Shown: positions 25,947 to 32,000 of the stretch, one piece after another | Numbering within the stretch: position 1 is the stretch's first letter | How the letters are laid out: the number at the start of each line of letters is the position of its first letter | Source of the DNA: an uncultured Erysipelotrichaceae bacterium | Lineage (GTDB): Bacteria > Bacillota_I > Bacilli_A > Erysipelotrichales > Erysipelotrichaceae | Direction of reading: 5' to 3' | DNA length: 32,000 nt | NCBI GenBank assembly: GCA_942492995.1 | Contig: OW818653.1 | Coordinates: forward strand, 1,200,001-1,232,000 | Translations under genes and position numbers: made by a program | Notes under the pieces: model-generated | Told to the model about the DNA's origin: nothing | The model's database searches: none | Seen by the model: the letters and a program-made list of their open reading frames with translations, nothing else

Positions 25947-26234
25947 TTAATCGTTAAGTGTTTCTTTTTGACGTGCTTCTTTTTCATAACTTATTTCTAA
26001 ATAAGCATGATAATGATCTAAACCTTTTATTCGATATCTACTATATTCTTTTATATATCGATACAAAAATCGTATAAATCCAAGTTGAGAGTATTGTTGC
26101 ACATGTACCATTTCATGTTTTCTAAGTTGATATGAAATCGATTCTTTATGTATCGCATAATAAACATGATGACCTAGCGTTACCGCTGTCACATTCATTA
26201 ATTTAGGTAAGAAATGGTTATAGTGCTCAATCAT
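25947..26234 (-). CDS. Small (95 aa) HExxH metallopeptidase-like protein, DUF4157-like
   Basis: AVTLGHHVYYA ... LRKHEMVHVQQYSQLG parallels the DUF4157 pattern (A-x-T-x-G-x-x-I-x-F ... HE-x-x-HV-x-Q). The start forms an ATGA overlap with the upstream gene. Confidence 0.45.
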   Translation of the reverse strand: MIEHYNHFLPKLMNVTAVTLGHHVYYAIHKESISYQLRKHEMVHVQQYSQLGFIRFLYRYIKEYSRYRIKGLDHYHAYLEISYEKEARQKETLND

Positions 26235-27256
26235 AATTTTATGGATAAAATCTCACGATGAACTCTTGTTTCATACATGTAATCTTTTAATACATCTTCA
26301 TTCTCAATCGTTAGATCTATAGATTTAAAGTATCGATCAATTTTTTGGGTAATTCTTCGATAATCCTTATCTTCTGGTTTGAATGTTTTATTTCGTGATA
26401 ACGATTCGAAATAATAAAACATTAACGTAGGCATTACTTCGAAACATGATGTTTCAATCCAGAAATCAACTTTGTCAAATTCAGGTAGAACATTTTCTAA
26501 TAATTTTTCGATTAATAATAACCCATCATCATTCGATTGCCAAATATCCACAAATACATAATCATAATCATTTAAATCTGCTTCATTAAAGTAATCAAAC
26601 GCATCACTTTCGATAATATCAAATGATATATTCTTTGGAAATTGCGGTTTTATAAATGTGTTAAATAAATCGATTACAGCTTTTGACTTTTCGATTACTG
26701 TAATACGTTTAACATTTGGATTTAACATCGCCATAAATGGAAAGTACCCAATCCCTAACCCAAATGCCAATACATTACCATGTGCTTTCTTAGCGTAGGG
26801 ATTAATGGTTTCTGCTTCAGATGGCGCATCTAACATCCAAACTTCATCATTTTGATATAAGAATGCGGCTTCATAGGGTTCATCTAACGCAACCAATCGC
26901 ATCGAGTCATTTAACTCACGCTTTGGGTCATATTGGATACTCGATATACTAAATAATTCATTTGGATTAATCGTTTCAACCTGGTAACGAAACTCAGCTG
27001 ATTGTATCTTATCCAACTTAATTGTTCGATTGTATGGACTATTCTGATATTCTTTTGCGCTAATGAACAAACTTGGCCATGATTCTTTAGGGCCACTAAA
27101 ATCATTGAAACCTGCTTTTTTTAACGCTTGTTGGATTTTAGATTCAGTCTCTTTGGTTATAGTCATTCCTAAAAATCGATTCTTTGCCTCATTTTGAATG
27201 TTGTGGTGACATCGATTAAAGAATTGATCAATAGCTTTTGTACGTTTTATTTTCAT
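26231..27256 (-). CDS. Spermidine-synthase-fold / class I SAM-dependent methyltransferase-like protein with a unique N-terminal ~150-aa region
   Basis: VLAFGLGIGYF is a glycine-rich motif I. RITVIEKSKAVIDL has the acidic end of strand beta-2. FDIIESDAFDYF...YDYVFVDIW fits a spermidine-synthase-like layout. There is no SD upstream. Confidence 0.45.
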   Translation of the reverse strand: MKIKRTKAIDQFFNRCHHNIQNEAKNRFLGMTITKETESKIQQALKKAGFNDFSGPKESWPSLFISAKEYQNSPYNRTIKLDKIQSAEFRYQVETINPNELFSISSIQYDPKRELNDSMRLVALDEPYEAAFLYQNDEVWMLDAPSEAETINPYAKKAHGNVLAFGLGIGYFPFMAMLNPNVKRITVIEKSKAVIDLFNTFIKPQFPKNISFDIIESDAFDYFNEADLNDYDYVFVDIWQSNDDGLLLIEKLLENVLPEFDKVDFWIETSCFEVMPTLMFYYFESLSRNKTFKPEDKDYRRITQKIDRYFKSIDLTIENEDVLKDYMYETRVHREILSIKL

Positions 27257-27262
27257 ATTGTT

Positions 27263-27271
27263 ATTTTACCA
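27263..27271 (-). promoter_or_regulatory. Extended -10-like element (TGgTAAAAT) 6 nt upstream of the ATG at 27256
   Basis: The minus strand reads TGGTAAAAT-aacaat-ATG with no SD. The geometry matches that at 15695 and 8330. Confidence 0.3.
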
Positions 27272-27278
27272 AATTTCA

Positions 27279-27317
27279 CAAAATAAAAGTTGTCTTATAG
27301 AGAGAATAAGACAACTT
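27279..27317 (-). terminator. Strong intrinsic terminator only ~30 nt upstream of the next start codon
   Basis: Perfect 12-bp stem aagttgtcttat/ataagacaactt (27287-27298 and 27306-27317) with a 7-nt loop, followed on the minus strand by TTTTATTTT. Confidence 0.6.
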
Positions 27318-27381
27318 GATATAAAACATTGATTAATCCATCAAAATGAATGGGGAAAGGGGTTGGATTAATCAATGAGAA
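27279..27381 (-). ncRNA. Candidate ~100-nt small RNA (5' end undefined): a hairpin with a C-rich loop plus a terminator
   Basis: Perfect 14-bp stem (27327-27340 and 27364-27377) enclosing a 23-nt loop. The loop reads ACCCCUUUCCCCAUUCAUUUUGA on the minus strand. It is followed by UUUUAUAUC and then the terminator at 27279-27317. The upstream TATATT at 27393-27388 is a weak -10 candidate. Confidence 0.28.
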
Positions 27382-27478
27382 ATATGTAATATAATCAATT
27401 CATTTAATACACTTGTATGTGTATAGTACTAATATACAGAAGTAATCGTTAATCTTCTTACGATAATTTAATGTTAAT

Positions 27479-27500
27479 TTGACGCAATTTTGACGCAATA
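27479..27500. repeat. Tandem 11-bp direct repeat (TTGACGCAATT / TTGACGCAATA)
   Basis: Two head-to-tail copies, 10 of 11 identical, with one helical turn of periodicity. They lie immediately downstream (minus strand) of the mupG terminator. Confidence 0.6.
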
Positions 27501-27503
27501 TCA

Positions 27504-27531
27504 ACAAATAAAAAGCTCTATTTCTAGAGCT
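27504..27531 (-). terminator. Intrinsic terminator downstream of mupG
   Basis: Stem agctcta/tagagct (27514-27520 and 27525-27531) with loop tttc, followed on the minus strand by TTTTTATTTGTT. The hairpin includes the mupG TAG stop codon. Confidence 0.5.
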
Positions 27532-28624
27532 ATAATGTGAAGCTAAATGATTGTCCTGCTTTAATGTAATCAATCAAGAATACTTCATAGTCTTTTATAT
27601 GACCGACTACATTGGTTCTTCCACTATTCTTCATATCTCTAAGCGCAATCTGTACTTCACCTTTATATTGTCCATACAAGTTATTTTCGATTAGGATGTC
27701 ACCACGTTTGATATCAACCGTATTAAATGGTTGAATATCTTCTTTACGTAGGAATAAGCGACCTTCAAGTGAACGAATAATATAGTCATTAGTATCAGGT
27801 CTACGTGATAATGGCATCTTTAATATATTCTTATATTTCTCATCTAATCCTTCACTAAGTTCCACATCAAATGATACAATCGTTTTATTTACGTTACTTA
27901 GTGCTTCAAGTTCTTCGCTTGTCGCAAACGCATCCCCAATTAAAACATCATCAATCGTATCCATACCTACATAGTGTTTAAGCTGAGTAGTGATTGGTAA
28001 ATTACGATGCATTTCCAAGGTAGGTAATCCATCACAAATTGGCCATGGTCCATATTTTTCACTGGATTGTGTCGATATAAATGCGGCAGTACGTAAATTT
28101 TGTTTTGTCCAGATTGCCGTACAACGATTAAAGTATTCTAAGGATAATCCTGTATAGTTATGTGGATAATAATTATGACATCCCATCACCTTTTCTCTTG
28201 GGGCACCCATCGCTAATACACCTGACACATGATCAATTTCCATCGACATATTGAGCTCTACTTTTATCCCAAACTTATTCTTTATGAAGAACGCTTCTTC
28301 CAACTCACTCATACCCATATCAAAACGAATGATGTCTACTCCAAGATCATGAAAGAATGTTAAGTCATAGTTCCCAAAGAACCCTTCACCACAAACTGCT
28401 TTAATTACTTCACCATTCACATCGCATGACACTTCATAATTTAATTCTTTCGCACGTTTTAAAATCGGCCCATAATCACGACTTATTCCTGCTTGAGTTG
28501 GTTCAGCTCCTAACAACGCCACAAATAATCGTGTGAATCCATGTTTTGAGGCTTCTTCTAAATACGCTAAATTCTTTTCTAATGATGCTTTCTGAGGATA
28601 AATTGAAATTCCAAGTTTTTTCAT
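27530..28624 (-). CDS. mupG: DUF871 / MupG family 6-phospho-N-acetylmuramidase-like protein
   Basis: MKKLGISIYPQKASLEKNLAYLEEASKHGFTRLFVALL is the typical DUF871 N-terminus. 364 aa is the family size. The ATG directly abuts the PAP2 stop codon (TAAATG). Confidence 0.7.
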   Translation of the reverse strand: MKKLGISIYPQKASLEKNLAYLEEASKHGFTRLFVALLGAEPTQAGISRDYGPILKRAKELNYEVSCDVNGEVIKAVCGEGFFGNYDLTFFHDLGVDIIRFDMGMSELEEAFFIKNKFGIKVELNMSMEIDHVSGVLAMGAPREKVMGCHNYYPHNYTGLSLEYFNRCTAIWTKQNLRTAAFISTQSSEKYGPWPICDGLPTLEMHRNLPITTQLKHYVGMDTIDDVLIGDAFATSEELEALSNVNKTIVSFDVELSEGLDEKYKNILKMPLSRRPDTNDYIIRSLEGRLFLRKEDIQPFNTVDIKRGDILIENNLYGQYKGEVQIALRDMKNSGRTNVVGHIKDYEVFLIDYIKAGQSFSFTL

Positions 28625-29455
28625 TTAATTACCAATATTACCTTTCTTGTGATTAAGAAATAAACTTTTTAAATAACTAAAAACTATAATTGTTAACCCA
28701 GAGCCAAAAAGTGTATCCGTTACGAAATGATCTCCCATAACAACACGTGATACCATAACGATCATAATCCATAAACTACATATCACTAATATACTTCTTT
28801 CTTTACCTTTAAGCTTGTCAAATAACTGAGGTAAAAATGTATAGACTAAGGTTGTTGCGGCAGCGGCAGAATGTCCTGATGGGAATGATTTCCAATTATC
28901 ATCAAATGTAAATCCAACACGATCAAACCAATAGCGAAATAATGAATCATCTCCTATCATTATTCGATAGCGTGGACGTGCCCAAACCAGTTTAATGACA
29001 TTGGGAATAAGTATTCCTAATATTACAGTTAGTATTCCAATATATGCATATACTCTAATTTGTTTTTTCTTAAGGTCACTTAATTGATTCGCCCATACAA
29101 CTAGAATCATCGATATAATAAAGCCAATAAAAATATATGGAAAGAACTCTAATTCAAGATATTTTATGAGTTGTATACTTATCACAAACCCCATAATGAA
29201 TGTTAGTAATCCAAAGAAGATTCGGTTATAATCACGTTTTTGTTCATCATTTCCTATATAACTTGTGGTTAATAGCGCAAGACATACAAGACCTGCAAAT
29301 GTCCCCGGTAGTTCCCCAAACATCCAAAAGAACTTACCAAATCCACTATTTGGTTGATATAAGTACTTACTAATTATTAAATCGTATTGTGTAAATACTA
29401 CGATTGAAACGAGATATAGTATAACTAAAATTAGTTTTTCTTTTTTGTTTAACAA
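28625..29455 (-). CDS. PAP2 superfamily membrane phosphatase
   Basis: The PAP2 motifs KSFPSGHSAAAATT and SRVVMGDHFVTD are present in a polytopic membrane protein. The TTG start at 29455 is supported by GAGGAAG 7 nt upstream and by the absence of an early in-frame ATG. Confidence 0.8.
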   Translation of the reverse strand: MLNKKEKLILVILYLVSIVVFTQYDLIISKYLYQPNSGFGKFFWMFGELPGTFAGLVCLALLTTSYIGNDEQKRDYNRIFFGLLTFIMGFVISIQLIKYLELEFFPYIFIGFIISMILVVWANQLSDLKKKQIRVYAYIGILTVILGILIPNVIKLVWARPRYRIMIGDDSLFRYWFDRVGFTFDDNWKSFPSGHSAAAATTLVYTFLPQLFDKLKGKERSILVICSLWIMIVMVSRVVMGDHFVTDTLFGSGLTIIVFSYLKSLFLNHKKGNIGN

Positions 29456-29513
29456 CGTATCTTCCTCAACTATTTCAATAGTATCACTATAATAAGATTC
29501 ATCTAACTTGTCA

Positions 29514-29545
29514 AAAAAGTAAAAAGATAAACAAATGTTTATCTT
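29514..29545 (-). terminator. Intrinsic terminator downstream of the GNAT gene
   Basis: Perfect 9-bp stem aagataaac/gtttatctt (29524-29532 and 29537-29545) with a 4-nt loop, followed on the minus strand by TTTTTACTTTTTT. It overlaps the stop codon. Confidence 0.6.
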
Positions 29546-30116
29546 ATTTATTAAGCACTAATTCAACCATAGAAGTTCCTTCGCGTTCTTCTATAACTTG
29601 GTAACCTTGTTTAATGTACATGTTGAGTGTTCCACGATATGCCTTTTGGATATCATACACTTCACTCGGTGGTAAGGCGATAAGTCCATCAAACCCTTTA
29701 TTCTTGAAATAGTCAATCGCATGCGTTAGAAGTAGAGTTGCTAAACCTTTATTACGATAATCTGGATGGATTACGAAACAGATTGTTATGGCGTACTTCT
29801 TATCATGGAACTTTTCTAAATCTGCATATAATCGTTTAAACGATTCAATGGATTGGGCATTTAACCAACCAACTGGTTTATCGTTGTCATAGATAAGAAA
29901 GCCATTCATTTCACCAGATTGTATCGCATTAATTGTTTCTATACGATTCAACTTTGGATCCCGTTTTATCCATTCTTCTAAAGTGTAATCTGTATGATAA
30001 TATCTGCAGTAACATCCACTCCAATGTGGCGCATGACTGTAATCTAAAGAATCAAAGAAATTAGGTAATTCTTCTGGGTTATTCGGATTAAGTGAATGAA
30101 TGGTATAGTTTGACAT
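29544..30116 (-). CDS. GNAT family N-acetyltransferase
   Basis: VIHPDYRNKGLATLLLTHAIDYFKNKGFDG is the acetyl-CoA-binding motif A (R/Q-x-x-G-x-A/G). AGAGG lies upstream. Confidence 0.8.
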   Translation of the reverse strand: MSNYTIHSLNPNNPEELPNFFDSLDYSHAPHWSGCYCRYYHTDYTLEEWIKRDPKLNRIETINAIQSGEMNGFLIYDNDKPVGWLNAQSIESFKRLYADLEKFHDKKYAITICFVIHPDYRNKGLATLLLTHAIDYFKNKGFDGLIALPPSEVYDIQKAYRGTLNMYIKQGYQVIEEREGTSMVELVLNK

Positions 30117-30158
30117 AAGTACCTCTTATTTAATCCTACCAGATTTAATAAAATAGAA

Positions 30159-31049
30159 CTATCGCTTTACTACAGGAATCCAAACTTCAGAATAACTTAA
30201 TGTATCATCTAACATATAGTAAAGTTCCATATCAGGACCTTCCGCATGTTCATACCCTGAATTAGGGAACCACTCTGGGAAGATACGTCTCCATATTGCT
30301 TGAATCTTTTCAACAGTTTCAGATGGTTTATGATTCTCTGTTCTAAAGATTGCCCAAGTATGCGACTCTACATTAACTGTTTTCAAATCACTTGGTACAG
30401 AACTTGTTCCATCGAAATCAATCAACCCAATCATGTACGGAAATGTATCATTTTCTAACATTTCATAACACATAATCGCATTCACATTACATAGATTCTT
30501 TACTGGATTCTTAAGTTCAATTTGTTCTAAACGTTTTACTGTTCCATCTTCATATTTCTTATCCCAAAACTCAGGTATGCTTGTGAAGTTTTCTTCATTT
30601 GTATTCTTTACGACAAAATCTACTCCATGTACTTTGAATGCACTTCTCTCTTCAATACGATAATTCATTTCAATTTCTCCTTTTAATGTTAATTGGAATG
30701 ACATTCTTGGATATGCTTTTAATTGAATTCCTTTATCTTTCGCAAGTGATGGGTTAATCCCATGACAATTCTGAAATGCACGCGAGAAGGAAACAGGCGA
30801 ATCATATCCATATTTGAGCGCTAAATCGATTACTTTTATATCACTATTTTGTAGTTCAAAAGCCGCAAGTGTTAAGCGTCTACGTCGGATATATTCTGAT
30901 AATGACACATCTGTAATAAACGAAAACATCTTCTGGAAATGATGATTTGAACAAAGTGCTTTCTGCGCTAGTTGTTCATAATCAATCTCATCCAATAAAT
31001 GTGTTTCAATATAATCCATCGCGCCATTCATTCGTTCTAACCAATCCAT
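30159..31049 (-). CDS. AraC family regulator with a C-terminal GyrI-like effector-binding domain
   Basis: The ATG at 31049 follows AAAGGA; the track start at 31067 is TTG. The N-terminal MDWLERMNGAMDYIETHL ... LALKYGYDSPVSFSRAFQNCHGINPS is an AraC double HTH. The C-terminal ~150 aa (AFKVHGVDF ... ELYY ... EVWIPV) are GyrI/SbmC-like. Confidence 0.8.
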   Translation of the reverse strand: MDWLERMNGAMDYIETHLLDEIDYEQLAQKALCSNHHFQKMFSFITDVSLSEYIRRRRLTLAAFELQNSDIKVIDLALKYGYDSPVSFSRAFQNCHGINPSLAKDKGIQLKAYPRMSFQLTLKGEIEMNYRIEERSAFKVHGVDFVVKNTNEENFTSIPEFWDKKYEDGTVKRLEQIELKNPVKNLCNVNAIMCYEMLENDTFPYMIGLIDFDGTSSVPSDLKTVNVESHTWAIFRTENHKPSETVEKIQAIWRRIFPEWFPNSGYEHAEGPDMELYYMLDDTLSYSEVWIPVVKR

Positions 31050-31129
31050 CGTATCAATTCCTTTCAATACTAGTGTAGTGAGAATCTTCTTTAATCTCGC
31101 AACTTTTCTTGTTTAAATTAGTTTGTATC

Positions 31130-31993
31130 TTATTCAATTGATTTAAATAATTGGAAAGATAATACACTTGAGAAACAGGCGAGTAATACAAACACTCCAA
31201 CTTTTACGATTAGTACAGGAATAGGAATATCAATGTTTGCGACAAATTGAAATGCAGATTGTATTGGCAACATCACTCCCATTACGGTACATAGGACTAA
31301 CATACTTGATAAAAGAACTGTCCCAAATCCATCATTGCGTTTAATTAAATAATAACTTAGAAACATGATAGGACTAATAAATGCCATATCATAAACATAG
31401 GTAACTTCTGTTGTATATGTCTCGATTAATGATAATGAACTTCCACTTAACAAGGTTGGAATTATATCCATTAACCATATTCCGAATAAGGCGATTCCTG
31501 TAATGATTAAGAATATTGTATAACCTTTTATTGGCGATTTTAAGACTAATTTATTAAGATCTAATTCTTTTATTAAGAGGAAAATACTAATCCAACTTAA
31601 TATGACTGAACTAATGTAAAACAAGAATAAATAATTGTACGTAATTCCTGTGGAAATACTAATAGAATAATAGAATATAACACCTAATAATGATATTAAT
31701 ATTAATCGATTTTTTAGAGATGGTTTTATATTAACCCAAACCAATGTACCAATTAATGCCGGTAAAACTAATACTAAGATGGTGAAGTCTGACCCAATAA
31801 AAATAGGTGCTTTAAAATATGAATCATAGAAATAAACACCATTCCCAAACAATTGTATGGTTTGACCATAAATATTTGTCACAAAGAAAGACTTCTCTAT
31901 CACAAATGATTGTATACCTGTAACTGTAATTATAAGTAGAATGATAACTTCCAATCCCAATAAAACATTGATATGATTAAGACCTTTTTTCAT
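31130..31993 (-). CDS. Hypothetical polytopic membrane protein (about 8 transmembrane segments)
   Basis: The 287-aa ORF is strongly hydrophobic and periodic. I recognised no family. Confidence 0.5.
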   Translation of the reverse strand: MKKGLNHINVLLGLEVIILLIITVTGIQSFVIEKSFFVTNIYGQTIQLFGNGVYFYDSYFKAPIFIGSDFTILVLVLPALIGTLVWVNIKPSLKNRLILISLLGVIFYYSISISTGITYNYLFLFYISSVILSWISIFLLIKELDLNKLVLKSPIKGYTIFLIITGIALFGIWLMDIIPTLLSGSSLSLIETYTTEVTYVYDMAFISPIMFLSYYLIKRNDGFGTVLLSSMLVLCTVMGVMLPIQSAFQFVANIDIPIPVLIVKVGVFVLLACFSSVLSFQLFKSIE

Positions 31994-32000
31994 GTTTATA

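Noticed and set aside
27341-27392. Plus-strand reading of the G-rich loop (GGGGAAAGGGG) as an SD for the mini-ORF ATG AGA AAT ATG TAA
   Set aside because: The peptide would be 4 aa, the spacing is poor (12 nt), and both terminator T-tracts point to minus-strand transcription.
27257-27529. Assignment of the structured intergenic region to a known riboswitch, T-box or tRNA class
   Set aside because: I could not find a T-loop (GTTCGAATC-like), a T-box specifier/T-box sequence, or core motifs of the SAM, preQ1, TPP, FMN, glycine or purine classes. It is kept only as an unclassified small-RNA or leader candidate.
1-32000. Mobile element, prophage, CRISPR array, a toxin-antitoxin or known defence system, or an alternative genetic code (TGA=Trp)
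   Set aside because: I saw no integrase, transposase or recombinase, no terminal inverted repeats, no flanking tRNA, no spaced repeat arrays and no defence-gene signatures. The long ORFs are intact under code 11, and TGA is used as a stop (for example at 26231-26233).

Overview
AT-rich, densely packed Bacillota-type chromosomal window (taxon is an inference). It uses the standard bacterial code: TGA acts as a stop and GGAGG-type ribosome-binding sites are common. About 31 real protein genes are present. I saw no rRNA, tRNA, CRISPR array, transposase, integrase or recognisable defence gene. Layout: (i) 1-10.0 kb, mostly minus strand, is an amino-sugar (GalNAc/GalN-type) utilisation locus. It holds Man-family PTS IIB-IIC-IID, a ceramidase-like gene and an IMPase-family gene, a divergent AraC regulator, agaS-IIA-yajC-agaZ, an orphan membrane protein and nagA. 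(ii) 10.1-13.7 kb holds a Fur-family regulator, HTH-fused psuK plus psuG (pseudouridine catabolism) and a ROK fructokinase. (iii) 13.7-23.1 kb, plus strand, holds a membrane protein with a degenerate GGDEF and an intact EAL domain, followed without a terminator by a seven-gene type IV filament operon. That operon has three prepilin-type genes, PilC, a fused PilM-PilN (GspL-like) protein, PilO and PilB. It has no prepilin peptidase or PilT in cis, and it is the most system-like and unusual block here. (iv) 23.1-32 kb, minus strand, holds two lipoproteins (a DUF4015-type glycoside hydrolase and a CE4 deacetylase) and a coupled pair of a spermidine-synthase-fold protein with a 95-aa HExxH mini-protein. 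Then come a 273-nt structured intergenic region, MupG, a PAP2 phosphatase, a GNAT, an AraC/GyrI regulator and a membrane protein. The intergenic region carries tandem 11-bp repeats, a 14-bp-stem hairpin with a C-rich loop, and a terminator, so it may encode a small RNA. Every functional call rests on motif recognition from memory; no searches were run.
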